From: Escherichia phage vB_Eco_BCPEco_001
DNA: 64,000 nt
Sequence record: PV295200.1
Strand: one strand, 5' to 3'
In this document: positions 48,706-58,679 of the stretch, piece after piece
Layout: every line of letters begins with the position of its first letter
How positions within the stretch are numbered: the first letter of the stretch is position 1
Notes under the pieces: model-generated
Database searches by the model: none
Told to the model about the DNA's origin: nothing
Seen by the model: only the letters and a program-made list of their open reading frames with translations
Position numbers and translations under genes: made by a program

Positions 48706-50404
48706 TTGTGTATTGACCAGATGAAATAGAACTCATAGATGCCATTTTTTCCGTCCAATCACCACCAACGTCCCAATCAACTGTCCCAGCAACTTTCCAA
48801 GAAAGATTTCCATTTACTGTATTAGTCTGATTTCCTTCAACTAAAGTGGTAGCATCTCCTTTAACTGTAATGTCAGCATTACCTTCAACTACGATAGTAA
48901 CATTACCTTTGACTAGGATAGTTCCATTACCTTCAACCGTCTTAGTTTCATCGCCACGTACAAATATTGTATTGCTTCCATCTATTTGGTGAAGACGATT
49001 ATCCATGTTGTAATAAATTTCTGATCCACCGACGTTAGTCTTTTTATCACCGGCTACCAAAAAATTACCATCAGCGTTGGTTATATCATACAAATTATCA
49101 ACAGTTTTTCTTGTTCTTCTTCCTGAGGGTGATACTTCCTCATATGTTCCAGTCGGATGAACTAATCTGTATCGTTCTTGCCCAGGGGTATCATCAAATT
49201 CCTGAATATGACCGCTTTCAGTTTCCATTGTGTGAACATACGGATATTCACCTTTATATGAAGAAACAGGTTCTTTAAATAAAATTCTCGAATCATTCGG
49301 AATAGGAGGATCAGCTGGATCAGAAGACTTTGCTACAGTAGCAGCCATTGCTGACAAAGACCTAGACGGTGTTTTCACTTCAATACCGTATGATTCCAAA
49401 TTACCTGTAAGAATAATCATGGTAACACGAGATGCACGGCCTTTTGTTTGTTGATACCACAATGAATCACGACCAGCTTTATATGCCTTTTCCCAATCTC
49501 CGGCTAACATAGCAGTTAACATTGTGTTAAATTTAGCTACACCACCAACACCCATCTGAAATGCCATATTTTCTAATGCCATTTGACGAGAACGGTTGAC
49601 AGCTTGCCAGACTGGTCCTACTTTAGAATGTGATTTAATGTCACGTTGCATATCAGCCAAATCACGCTCAAATAAAGTTACCGCTTCTTCCATTGTAATA
49701 GAACCTGGATTTCCGGTAATTTCACGACCAACTTGTTTTGATAAAACTTTATTAATTTGGGTCATATCACGAACTGGCTGCTTCATGATAAGATGACCAA
49801 TACCAATTGTCGGATATCCTTCAGTATCCCAATAAACTTTTAGTCTTAATCCTTCATCGCGGCGAAGCATTTCAGCCATTGACATATTTGGATTATCATC
49901 AGTTGGAATCTCTGATAGTGGTCTATCATCAGGATTTATCGCAGTGTCTAGATTGCTATCTTGGATAATATTAGAAGACGAATCATATCCTACTTCTCCG
50001 CCTTGGTTTAATACGTTAGTATCATTTCCTAGACGTCTAGGATACTGTCCAGTCGGATCAGAAAATCCTTCGAGTCTATTAGGCTTTTCGCGAACTATTC
50101 CACCATACGTGCCAAGGACAATTCCGTTAGTTTTCCATTTGTCTAAAAAATGACCATAGACTCTAGTTCCTTCTACCGGACCAGTAACGGAGCCTCCAAT
50201 TCCAGACATTGCTGCGGAAGTTATGGGTTGAATAACTGACATCCACGGTAATTTATCAGTTGGAATACCCATTACATCGCCTTGTGCTCTTTGAGGTGGA
50301 TGCAGACCAACTACACGAACACGAACACGACCTAATTTTAATGGGTCCATTCTATCTTCAACAACACCAACAAACCAATTAAGGTTATTACTTATCATTT
50401 CCAT
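48677..50404 (-). CDS. 5: baseplate hub + tail lysozyme, cell-puncturing device gp5
   Basis: 575 aa; internal lysozyme domain (RRDEGLRLKVYWDTEGYPTIGIGHL) and C-terminal VxGxxT beta-helix repeats. Confidence 0.95.
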   Translation of the reverse strand: MEMISNNLNWFVGVVEDRMDPLKLGRVRVRVVGLHPPQRAQGDVMGIPTDKLPWMSVIQPITSAAMSGIGGSVTGPVEGTRVYGHFLDKWKTNGIVLGTYGGIVREKPNRLEGFSDPTGQYPRRLGNDTNVLNQGGEVGYDSSSNIIQDSNLDTAINPDDRPLSEIPTDDNPNMSMAEMLRRDEGLRLKVYWDTEGYPTIGIGHLIMKQPVRDMTQINKVLSKQVGREITGNPGSITMEEAVTLFERDLADMQRDIKSHSKVGPVWQAVNRSRQMALENMAFQMGVGGVAKFNTMLTAMLAGDWEKAYKAGRDSLWYQQTKGRASRVTMIILTGNLESYGIEVKTPSRSLSAMAATVAKSSDPADPPIPNDSRILFKEPVSSYKGEYPYVHTMETESGHIQEFDDTPGQERYRLVHPTGTYEEVSPSGRRTRKTVDNLYDITNADGNFLVAGDKKTNVGGSEIYYNMDNRLHQIDGSNTIFVRGDETKTVEGNGTILVKGNVTIVVEGNADITVKGDATTLVEGNQTNTVNGNLSWKVAGTVDWDVGGDWTEKMASMSSISSGQYTIDGSRIDIG

Positions 50405-50978
50405 AAGATTTCTCCATTATACGTATAAGGTCGTTCATAAATGAATTGATGTCTGATTTTGCTATTATTTTTATTTGACGAAGTTTTTCATTTTCAAGAA
50501 CAGCAGCTTCATACGTATCGACCGCAGCAAGTGCTCCTTCATATTGAGGATATTTTCTAGCTTTATCGCCTTTGTCATACCAAACATATGGATTATCATC
50601 GTATGATATTAAATTATAAAATTTTTCACCGTTCTCATTCACATGATATACTATTTGGTCTCCACCTACGTTTTTGTATTTTTGTATAGATGCTTGATAA
50701 GCAGCTTCTTGCGAAGTAATCCATCCATAATACGGATCATAATTATCATTACACATCAATAAAACCCAATACAACTGCGGATTTCCATATATAGCATTTG
50801 CTAATTCTTCCGGGCGCGGTGAACCTTTAATATAATAAGTACGTAAGCGGTATCCCGCAAGAGCACGTTTGAAATAGTCTTTATAGTTTCTAAAAATATC
50901 TGTCATAGGAATAGTCGGCGCGTTTTTATTCACCGTTTTGGCCGCATATTCAATCGGATCAAAAAATGTAAAGAGCAT
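50388..50978 (-). CDS. 53: baseplate wedge protein gp53
   Basis: 196 aa, size identical to T4 gp53, late promoter upstream. Confidence 0.9.
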   Translation of the reverse strand: MLFTFFDPIEYAAKTVNKNAPTIPMTDIFRNYKDYFKRALAGYRLRTYYIKGSPRPEELANAIYGNPQLYWVLLMCNDNYDPYYGWITSQEAAYQASIQKYKNVGGDQIVYHVNENGEKFYNLISYDDNPYVWYDKGDKARKYPQYEGALAAVDTYEAAVLENEKLRQIKIIAKSDINSFMNDLIRIMEKSYGNDK

Positions 50979-50991
50979 GGGCCCTCCTGTT

Positions 50992-50999
50992 TATAAATA
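50992..50999 (+). promoter_or_regulatory. late promoter TATAAATA (gene 4)
   Basis: Exact box 27 bp upstream of gp4 ATG. Confidence 0.7.
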
Positions 51000-51006
51000 T
51001 ATTATC

Positions 51007-51014
51007 TATTTATA
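51007..51014 (-). promoter_or_regulatory. late promoter TATAAATA (gene 53)
   Basis: Exact box on minus strand 29 bp upstream of gp53 ATG; divergent from the gene 4 promoter. Confidence 0.7.
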
Positions 51015-51025
51015 AGGAGAATCCA

Positions 51026-51478
51026 ATGGCATATTCTGGAAAATGGGTTCCTAAAAATATATCAAAATATAGAGGTGACCCTAAAAAAATTACGTATAGA
51101 TCAAATTGGGAAAAATTCTTTTTTGAATGGTTAGATAAAAATCCAGAAATTATTGCATGGGGTAGTGAAACAGCAGTAATTCCTTATTTTTGTAATGCAG
51201 AAGGGAAAAAACGTAGATACTTCATGGATATTTGGATGAAAGATTCTTCTGGACAAGAATTTTTTATTGAAATAAAACCTAAAAAAGAAACACAACCACC
51301 AGTTAAACCAGCACATCTAACAACTGCAGCGAAGAAAAGATTTATGAATGAAATTTATACATATTCCGTTAATACTGACAAATGGAAAGCAGCGCAATCT
51401 TTAGCTGAAAAGCGTGGAATAAAATTTAGAATTTTAACAGAAGATGGATTACGAGCTCTTGGCTTTAAGGGGGCATAA
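51026..51478 (+). CDS. 4: head completion protein gp4
   Basis: 150 aa, size and divergent position from 53 match T4 gp4. Confidence 0.85.
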   Translation: MAYSGKWVPKNISKYRGDPKKITYRSNWEKFFFEWLDKNPEIIAWGSETAVIPYFCNAEGKKRRYFMDIWMKDSSGQEFFIEIKPKKETQPPVKPAHLTTAAKKRFMNEIYTYSVNTDKWKAAQSLAEKRGIKFRILTEDGLRALGFKGA

Positions 51479-52302
51479 TGGCTATTTTTCAAATAATTAA
51501 TGAAAGCACTCCCCAAGTTCCAAAGGTTAAGCAATCATTAAACGAAAAGAAATGGATTCAGATAGGTCTTGAATACAGAAAGGCCAAAGCAAAAGGAATG
51601 ACAGGAAAGCAATTTGCCGAAGAAAGAGGAATCAAATACTCTACGTTTACTTCAGCAATGTCAAAATATGCTTCAGGAATTAAAACAGCTGAAAAGATTC
51701 AAAAGCTTGAATCAAAACCAATGAATAAACTCAATAAGCAAGAAAGACAACTGCTTATGATAAATTCATTCAGACAAACATTGCGCGATAAAATTCGTAA
51801 TGAAGGCGCAGCAATTAATAATAAAACCAGAAAGTGGTTTGCTGAAACTATTAAGCAAGTAAAAGGACATAAAGTTGTTCGCCCGCAGCCGGGACGAATA
51901 TATGCTTTTGCTTATGATGCTAAACACAAGGAAACTCTTCCTTACTGGGATAAATTTCCTTTGATAATTTACCTTGGTTTAGGTAAGCATAACTTAATGT
52001 ACGGATTGAACTTGCACTATATTCCACCTAAAGCTCGTCAGCAATTCCTAGAAGAGCTTTTAAAGCAATATGCAAATACACCTACTATTACTAATAAAAC
52101 GAAATTAAAAATTGATTGGAGTCAAGTGAAAGGATTTAGGGGCGCAGACCAAATGATTAAGGCATATATACCTGGTAATATTATGGGTAGCCTTGTTGAA
52201 ATCGCCCCGAAAGACTGGGCGAACGTTGTGTTAATGCCACTTCAGCAGTTCGTTTCAAAAGGAAAACGTTTCTCTGCAAACAAAGTCTGGTCAAATATCT
52301 AA
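51478..52302 (+). CDS. 2: DNA end protector protein gp2
   Basis: 274 aa, size identical to T4 gp2. Confidence 0.85.
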   Translation: MAIFQIINESTPQVPKVKQSLNEKKWIQIGLEYRKAKAKGMTGKQFAEERGIKYSTFTSAMSKYASGIKTAEKIQKLESKPMNKLNKQERQLLMINSFRQTLRDKIRNEGAAINNKTRKWFAETIKQVKGHKVVRPQPGRIYAFAYDAKHKETLPYWDKFPLIIYLGLGKHNLMYGLNLHYIPPKARQQFLEELLKQYANTPTITNKTKLKIDWSQVKGFRGADQMIKAYIPGNIMGSLVEIAPKDWANVVLMPLQQFVSKGKRFSANKVWSNI

Positions 52303-52408
52303 TTCTATTATCTTCCATTCTTTTCTGTTGTTTGTTCTAAATGGAATTGAATGGAAGGGACTTAGACCCATTATACCACCAACAGTTATAAAGCATTATG
52401 AGGAATAT

Positions 52409-52939
52409 ATGTCGCAAGCTCTGCAACAAATTTTTAACCAAGCAAATACAACTAACTTTGTAGTATCAATACCACATAGTAATACTACGTCTGCTTTTAC
52501 TTTAAATGCTCAGTCAGTTCCTATTCCAGGAATTAGAATACCTGTTACTGATACCGTGACTGGGCCGTTTGGACTGGGCCGAGCACAACGTCCAGGTGTT
52601 ACATTCGAGTATGATCCACTCATTGTGAGATTTATAGTTGATGAAGAACTTAAGTCGTGGATAGGAATGTATGAATGGATGCTAGGAACTAGCAACTATC
52701 TTACAGGTGAAAATACTGCCCAAAAAACAGGTCCTGAGTACATTACGCTTTACATCTTAGATAATAGCAAAACTGAAATCGTGATGTCAATAAATTTTTA
52801 TAAGCCTTGGGTTTCTGACCTGTCTGAAGTAGAATTTAGCTACACGGAAGATTCAGACCCGGCTTTAGTATGTACAGCAACGATTCCTTACACCTATTTT
52901 CAAGTAGAAAAAGATGGAAAAATTATAGCAGAAGTTTAA
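52409..52939 (+). CDS. 3: tail completion / sheath terminator gp3
   Basis: Start taken at ATG 52409 (MSQALQQIF, GAGG SD) giving 176 aa as T4 gp3. Confidence 0.85.
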   Translation: MSQALQQIFNQANTTNFVVSIPHSNTTSAFTLNAQSVPIPGIRIPVTDTVTGPFGLGRAQRPGVTFEYDPLIVRFIVDEELKSWIGMYEWMLGTSNYLTGENTAQKTGPEYITLYILDNSKTEIVMSINFYKPWVSDLSEVEFSYTEDSDPALVCTATIPYTYFQVEKDGKIIAEV

Positions 52940-52988
52940 TGCTTCAGTTTTGTGTGTTATAATCTTAATTAAATTTGAGGAGAAACAC

Positions 52989-53713
52989 ATGAAACTAATC
53001 TTTTTAAGCGGTGTAAAGCGTAGTGGAAAAGATACTACTGCTGATTTTATCATGAGCAATTATTCTGCAGTTAAATACCAACTTGCTGGTCCTATTAAGG
53101 ATGCATTGGCTTATGCATGGGGAGTATTTGCTGCAAATACCGACTATCCTTGCTTAACTCGTAAAGAGTTTGAAGGAATTGACTATGATCGTGAGACTAA
53201 TTTAAATCTGACTAAATTAGAAGTAATCACGATTATGGAACAAGCATTTTGCTATCTTAATGGTAAAAGCCCAATTAAAGGTGTGTTTGTTTTTGATGAC
53301 GAAGGAAAAGAATCAGTTAATTTCGTAGCATTTAATAAGATTGCTGACGTTATAAATAATATTGAAGATCAATGGTCAGTCCGTCGTCTGATGCAAGCCC
53401 TAGGTACGGATTTGATTGTTAATAACTTCGACCGCATGTACTGGGTAAAATTATTTGCTTTAGATTATCTTGATAAATTTAACTCAGGTTATGATTATTA
53501 TATCGTTCCTGATACCCGTCAAGATCATGAAATGGATGCGGCTAGGGCGATGGGTGCTACAGTAATTCATGTAGTTCGTCCTGGTCAAAAATCCAATGAT
53601 ACACATATTACAGAAGCTGGATTGCCAATTCGTGATGGCGATTTAGTAATTACAAACGATGGTTCTCTTGAAGAACTTTTTTCTAAAATTAAAAATACAC
53701 TAAAGGTACTATA

Positions 53714-53714
<1 letters not shown>
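52989..53714 (+). CDS. 1: deoxynucleoside monophosphate kinase gp1
   Basis: Start at ATG 52989 (MKLIFLSGVKRSGKDT P-loop) giving 241 aa as T4 gp1. Confidence 0.85.
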
Positions 53715-54399
<685 letters not shown>

Positions 54400-54411
54400 T
54401 TTCACAAAGTT

Positions 54412-54441
54412 GTTTACATACTGATGAGGTAGTGATACTAT
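54412..54441 (+). promoter_or_regulatory. early promoter within stem-loop cassette (first ip gene)
   Basis: GTTTAC, 18-bp spacer, TACTAT; inverted repeat GAGGTA...TACCTC encloses the -10. Confidence 0.65.
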
Positions 54442-54472
54442 TACCTCATCAAAATTAATTAGGAAAATAAAA

Positions 54473-54730
54473 ATGAAAACTTTCAAAGAGTTTGCTACAA
54501 AAACTACTATCACTGAATCTTCCCACGGTATGGAAGTAAAGCTTGGAATGGCTTTAGCTGAAGCTGAGCGTCTTTTCTCTCGTATTAAAGAACTTGCTGC
54601 TGCGGTCGATCCTTCATCTTTTAAAGGAGACCAAACTAAAGTTAAAGCACTTTTAGCATTATGCTCCGATGCAGGAGAAATTGCTAAAAATGGTTCTAAG
54701 ATGAAGAAACGATTAGAAGATTTAAAATAA
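54473..54730 (+). CDS. internal protein (Ip) candidate with capsid targeting sequence
   Basis: N-terminus MKTFKEFATK resembles T4 CTS MKTYQEFIAE; small basic protein with own early promoter, in ipI locus position. Confidence 0.7.
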   Translation: MKTFKEFATKTTITESSHGMEVKLGMALAEAERLFSRIKELAAAVDPSSFKGDQTKVKALLALCSDAGEIAKNGSKMKKRLEDLK

Positions 54731-54732
54731 TT

Positions 54733-54762
54733 TCACAAAGTTGTTTACATAGGGTTTTAGTT
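54733..54762 (+). promoter_or_regulatory. early promoter within stem-loop cassette (second ip gene)
   Basis: GTTTAC, 18-bp spacer, TACTAT; inverted repeat ATAGGG...CCCTAT. Confidence 0.65.
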
Positions 54763-54806
54763 GTGATACTATTACCCTATCAAAACAAAACCAAATGGAA
54801 ATCAAA

Positions 54807-55040
54807 ATGAAAACTTTCAAAGAGTTTATCGCTGAAACTGCTGATGTAAAAGTTGAGTTTATTTACACTGGCAAGAAAGATAAAATGGGTGAAATGCCTC
54901 ATGGAGTTCTTCGTGATGCATTAGATAATTTCGGTCAACTCGCCGCAGAAGATTACGGTGATAAAATTGTTGTTACTGGTCCTGCTGCAGTTATTGAAAA
55001 ATGGGCAGCAGAAAATAAATCAATTTTTCGTAAAAAATAA
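54807..55040 (+). CDS. internal protein (Ip) candidate with capsid targeting sequence
   Basis: Start taken at ATG 54807 giving MKTFKEFIAE (near-exact CTS); own early promoter. Confidence 0.7.
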   Translation: MKTFKEFIAETADVKVEFIYTGKKDKMGEMPHGVLRDALDNFGQLAAEDYGDKIVVTGPAAVIEKWAAENKSIFRKK

Positions 55041-55070
55041 GTTTACTTTTAGATGGGGTAGTGATACTAT
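55041..55070 (+). promoter_or_regulatory. early promoter within stem-loop cassette (small membrane ORF)
   Basis: GTTTAC, 18-bp spacer, TACTAT; inverted repeat GGGGTA...TACCC. Confidence 0.65.
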
Positions 55071-55098
55071 TACCCTATCAACTATTGAGGAGAATAAA

Positions 55099-55284
55099 AT
55101 GAAACGTTGTGAATTAATTCGAAATGTTGCTATTGCAATTTCTGCTTCTGCTTTCAGTTTTTCAATGTTTGTTGGATTTATATGCGGATTATTAACTACA
55201 GCAGAAAATGTGTTTTCACTTGTAGTAGCATTTTTAATTGGTTTAATCGCTATTGTTACGGATAAAATTTCTAAAGGTGAATAA
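55099..55284 (+). CDS. small hydrophobic membrane protein (61 aa)
   Basis: ATG 55099 with GAGGAG SD and early promoter; hydrophobic segments; the longer track ORF from 54958 overlaps the promoter and is likely spurious. Confidence 0.5.
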   Translation: MKRCELIRNVAIAISASAFSFSMFVGFICGLLTTAENVFSLVVAFLIGLIAIVTDKISKGE

Positions 55285-55682
55285 TGAACGTTGAATATTA
55301 TGTATATGCGGATTACGAAAATAATCCGTCTAAAGATGAAGATAATCGTTTAGGTGTAGATGCTTTCGATTGCCCTGCAGCGGCATGGCAATGGGTTGAA
55401 AGAACCGATATTCCTTACCGTTATATTGAAGTGGTTGACCACGCAGGAAACAAGTATCCTAAGGAAGCATATGTTCCTTCCGTGAAGGTAAATTTCCTTT
55501 TGTTTGCAGGTGATAATTATTATCCACGTGGTGGGTATACCGATTTAATCGCTAAAGCATTCTCTGAAGATGAACTCCGTGACATTATCAAAGAAAATGA
55601 AAACAAACCGATGGGTTCTAATCGCTTTGACTGGTGGCAAATCGTAAATGCTCATACTCATGCTATTGTTGATAGAGGTTGA
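55284..55682 (+). CDS. hypothetical protein (132 aa)
   Basis: ORF with TAATG coupling to upstream gene. Confidence 0.5.
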   Translation: MNVEYYVYADYENNPSKDEDNRLGVDAFDCPAAAWQWVERTDIPYRYIEVVDHAGNKYPKEAYVPSVKVNFLLFAGDNYYPRGGYTDLIAKAFSEDELRDIIKENENKPMGSNRFDWWQIVNAHTHAIVDRG

Positions 55683-55972
55683 TAATGATTCTTTATGCTA
55701 AAGTATCATCCATTGAAAATGGATATAAATATGATCAAGAAGCAGCTAAAGCCTTGATTGATGATTATGGCATTTTAACCTGTTTTGAAGTTGAAAAGGT
55801 TTACATTGACCGTTCATCTTCTCAAGTTAAATTAGTGAAGGAAGACCGTAAATTTAATACAGTAAATTTTGATTTCTTTATTGAAACGGAAAAAGGTCCT
55901 CTTGAATATAATATTTTCAAGAATCCTTTGGGTCTTGAATGTATCGTAAATACGTATTATCATAAATGGTAA
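55679..55972 (+). CDS. hypothetical protein (97 aa)
   Basis: ORF overlapping upstream stop. Confidence 0.5.
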   Translation: MIMILYAKVSSIENGYKYDQEAAKALIDDYGILTCFEVEKVYIDRSSSQVKLVKEDRKFNTVNFDFFIETEKGPLEYNIFKNPLGLECIVNTYYHKW

Positions 55973-56069
55973 ATATGCTTTAAGAATTATTTGTTATTAT
56001 TAACTCATACCGCACTGATTAATACCCTCTATCATCAAGGGTTCTTGTTAGAGAGCCTTTGTTAATAAT

Positions 56070-56142
56070 TGGGAATTAGCCAAGTTGGTAAGGCATAGCA
56101 CTTTGACTGCTAGATGCAAAGGTTCGAGTCCTTTATTCCCAG
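56070..56142 (+). tRNA. tRNA-Gln (anticodon UUG)
   Basis: Cloverleaf: acceptor TGGGAAT/ATTCCCA, anticodon loop CTTTGAC, T-loop TTCGAGT. Confidence 0.85.
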
Positions 56143-56143
56143 C

Positions 56144-56230
56144 GCGAGAATGGTCAAATTGGTAAAGACACAGCACTTAAAATGCTGCGGAATGATTTCC
56201 TTGTGGGTTCGAGTCCCACTTCTCGTACCA
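56144..56230 (+). tRNA. tRNA-Leu (anticodon UAA), long variable arm, CCA encoded
   Basis: Acceptor GCGAGAA/TTCTCGT, anticodon loop CTTAAAA, T-loop GGTTCGAGTCC, 3' ACCA. Confidence 0.85.
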
Positions 56231-56236
56231 AAGTTT

Positions 56237-56308
<72 letters not shown>

Positions 56309-56320
56309 AAATTTAATTTA

Positions 56321-56394
56321 CTTCGTGTAGCTCAGTTTGGTAGAGCGTCTGCTTTGGGAGCAGAATGTCGCAGGTTCAAATCCTGCCGCGGAGA
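56321..56394 (+). tRNA. tRNA-Pro (anticodon UGG)
   Basis: Anticodon stem-loop TCTGC-TTTGGGA-GCAGA, T-arm GCAGGTTCAAATCCTGC; acceptor with two G-U pairs. Confidence 0.8.
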
Positions 56395-56396
56395 CT

Positions 56397-56483
56397 GGAG
56401 GCGTGGCAGAGTGGTTTAATGCACCGGTCTTGAAAACCGGCAGTCGCTCCGGCGACTCATAGGTTCAAATCCTATCGCCTCCG
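56397..56483 (+). tRNA. tRNA-Ser (anticodon UGA), long variable arm
   Basis: Acceptor GGAGGCG/CGCCTCC, anticodon loop CTTGAAA, T-arm TAGGTTCAAATCCTA. Confidence 0.85.
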
Positions 56484-56490
56484 TAATTTC

Positions 56491-56563
56491 GCTGATTTAG
56501 CTCAGTAGGTAGAGCAACTCACTTGTAATGAGAAGGTCGGCGGTTCGATTCCGTCAATCAGCA
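56491..56563 (+). tRNA. tRNA-Thr (anticodon UGU)
   Basis: Acceptor GCTGATT/AATCAGC, anticodon loop CTTGTAA, T-arm GGCGGTTCGATTCCGTC. Confidence 0.85.
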
Positions 56564-56569
56564 TATCAA

Positions 56570-56641
56570 GGCCCTGTAGCTGGAAGGTTCAAGCAAGCGA
56601 CTCATAATCGCCAGATGGTGGTTCAATTCCACCCAGGGCCA
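56570..56641 (+). tRNA. tRNA-Ile (anticodon CAU, presumably lysidine-modified) or tRNA-Met
   Basis: Acceptor GGCCCTG/CAGGGCC, anticodon loop CTCATAA; T4 tRNA-Ile is known to carry a CAU anticodon. Confidence 0.8.
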
Positions 56642-56682
56642 TATTTTGAGAACATAAATACTCTTAGAAATAGGAGATATTT

Positions 56683-57348
56683 ATGTTCTATTACATTTAT
56701 AAAATAACAAATAAAATTAATAATAAAATCTATATAGGCGCTCATTCTACCGAAAATTTAGATGATGGATATATGGGTTCTGGTAAATTATTAAAAAGAG
56801 CCCAAGATAAGTATGGTATAGAAAATTTTTCTAAAGAAATATTAGAGTATTTTGACGATAAAACCTCTATGTTTGAGTCAGAAAAGAATATTGTGGCTGA
56901 AGAGTTTTTAAAGCGCCCTGATGTTTATAATTTGAAATTAGGTGGTGAAGGTGGTTGGGACCATTTAAACACTAAAGAATATTTGGATAAAAAGAAAGAA
57001 GCTTCCTTAAAAGGAGCTGCCGCTTTTAAAACCAGATTTGAGAACGACCCAGACCTTAAAGAAAAATATCGTAAAATGGGTTCAGAAAGGTTTAAACAGC
57101 TTTGGGATAATCCTAAGTATAGAGAGAAATTTTTAAATACTAAATCTTTCTTGGGTAAGACCCATACTCCTGAAACTATTAATAAAATGAAAGAATCTCA
57201 CGCCAGAAATAAACACCAACAAGGTGAAAAGAATTCCCAATTTGGTATGATGTGGATTCATTCATTAGATGAAAAAGTTTCTAAACGTATTAAGAAAACT
57301 GACCCAATTCCAGAAGGATGGTTTAAAGGTCGAAAAATGAAATTTTAA
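56683..57348 (+). CDS. segB: GIY-YIG homing endonuclease, SegB-like
   Basis: 221 aa, N-terminal YYIYKITNKINNKIYIGAH...DGYMGSG motif; embedded in tRNA cluster as T4 segB. Confidence 0.85.
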   Translation: MFYYIYKITNKINNKIYIGAHSTENLDDGYMGSGKLLKRAQDKYGIENFSKEILEYFDDKTSMFESEKNIVAEEFLKRPDVYNLKLGGEGGWDHLNTKEYLDKKKEASLKGAAAFKTRFENDPDLKEKYRKMGSERFKQLWDNPKYREKFLNTKSFLGKTHTPETINKMKESHARNKHQQGEKNSQFGMMWIHSLDEKVSKRIKKTDPIPEGWFKGRKMKF

Positions 57349-57351
57349 TTA

Positions 57352-57428
<77 letters not shown>

Positions 57429-57775
57429 AACAAGAAGCCGGGTCGCTACCGGCAAGTCGTCGGACTGATGTTCCCTGAGTAAGGACTGGCATTAATAAAT
57501 CTTTATGTTTTGTTAATGCCCCCTTATATCACAGCAGAAACGGCGCACCGAATTATCGATTCGAGGAAATATCTTTGCCGTAAGCCGAGTAGCGTTTTTG
57601 ACGGAACGTTCGGATATGGTCAAGATATGGCCTTTTAAAAATATTGAGTAGCGTCAACTGCTTAATAACCGGGTTCGAATCCCGGCGTTTCGTACAAACA
57701 CTTGCCTTAGCAGGTGGAACCCCGACAAGGTTGCCGCAAGGCTCAGTCCCGACCGAAAGGTTGGGGCTTTTTAGT
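57429..57775 (+). ncRNA. structured non-coding region, likely T4-type small stable RNAs (species 1/2, RNA C/D); boundaries approximate
   Basis: About 350 nt without an ORF directly after tRNA-Arg, several strong hairpins including a tRNA-like T-arm CCGGGTTCGAATCCCGG, ending in a terminator. Confidence 0.45.
57748..57772 (+). terminator. terminator ending tRNA/stable RNA transcription unit
   Basis: CCCGACC-GAAA-GGTTGGGG hairpin followed by CTTTTT. Confidence 0.6.
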
Positions 57776-57905
57776 ATCTAGGCCTTTCCGGGCCTCTCTA
57801 GGCATCATTTAGTTTATACCCTTTATAATATATTATCCTACCTTTTAATTGCCCCTCCTGACCCTAGAATTCCCTAAAACTTTTTAAAAATTTTTTCACA
57901 AAACT

Positions 57906-57935
57906 GTTTACAAGACTGTTCTTCTATGGTACTAT
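57906..57935 (+). promoter_or_regulatory. early promoter
   Basis: GTTTAC, 18-bp spacer, TACTAT upstream of ORF 57967. Confidence 0.6.
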
Positions 57936-57966
57936 ACAACTATCAACTACTGATACAGAAAACAAC

Positions 57967-58242
57967 TTGGAGAACGAAATGGATAATTACGGCGAACTGT
58001 TCAACTTCTTTATGAAATGTGTTTCAGAAGATTTCGGTCGTACAGTGAATGATATTAAAGTTATCGGTCCTGACCATCCGATGTTTGAAACTTACGCAGT
58101 AATGGGGAATGAAGATGGTCAGTGGTATACTGTAAAGGTTGTGATTAACATGTTCACTGCTGAAAGTTATGTTAAACTGTCTTCTAAAGTTTACCATGAT
58201 AACGACGAAATCGCAGAAGAATATTTCAATAATATGAAATAA
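57967..58242 (+). CDS. hypothetical protein (91 aa)
   Basis: ORF with early promoter and SD. Confidence 0.5.
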   Translation: MENEMDNYGELFNFFMKCVSEDFGRTVNDIKVIGPDHPMFETYAVMGNEDGQWYTVKVVINMFTAESYVKLSSKVYHDNDEIAEEYFNNMK

Positions 58243-58272
58243 GTTTACATAGGCTCATGATTGAGATATTAT
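58243..58272 (+). promoter_or_regulatory. early promoter within stem-loop
   Basis: GTTTAC, spacer, TATTAT; inverted repeat GGCTCAT...ATGAGCC. Confidence 0.6.
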
Positions 58273-58297
58273 GAGCCCATAATTTGAGGAGAACATT

Positions 58298-58633
58298 ATG
58301 AAACGTAACTTTAGTAAAGCTTTTTGTAATCGAAATTATTATCCTGAAGAGCTTTTTGAATCTAAGGAATTTAAAGAGTTTAACGAACGTTCTCAAAACA
58401 TGCCTGTACAATGGGTATTGGATTATGCTAACCGTATCTTTGAAGGCGTGCGGGATATTTGTCCTGATGATGAAGCTCCTTATTTTAAAAAGGCTTGGGA
58501 ACTTGCTAACCAAGCATATATCAATGCTTTAGAATCTTCTAAAGGCACTGACGATGATTTTACTTTATTGGCTATCAATGATGCCGTTATCGAGGCCATC
58601 GACGTCTTTATCGATGAGCTAGATGAAGAATAA
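58298..58633 (+). CDS. hypothetical acidic protein (111 aa)
   Basis: ORF with early promoter, GAGGAG SD, acidic C-terminus. Confidence 0.5.
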   Translation: MKRNFSKAFCNRNYYPEELFESKEFKEFNERSQNMPVQWVLDYANRIFEGVRDICPDDEAPYFKKAWELANQAYINALESSKGTDDDFTLLAINDAVIEAIDVFIDELDEE

Positions 58634-58665
58634 GTTTACAATCTATTAAAATCTAATTGTATCAA
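58634..58665 (+). promoter_or_regulatory. possible early promoter
   Basis: GTTTAC -35 upstream of ORF 58680; -10 weak. Confidence 0.35.
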
Positions 58666-58679
58666 CCTAAGGAAATACT

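Noticed and set aside
54958-55284. 108-aa ORF reading through the early promoter into the small membrane protein gene
   Set aside because: The upstream part overlaps the 3' end of the preceding ip gene and the promoter stem-loop; a GAGGAG Shine-Dalgarno precedes the internal ATG at 55099, so only 55099-55284 is called.
56041-56069. Sigma-70-like promoter directly upstream of the tRNA cluster
   Set aside because: Candidate TTGTTA/TAATAA hexamers have incompatible spacing; the cluster is probably transcribed from a promoter further upstream.
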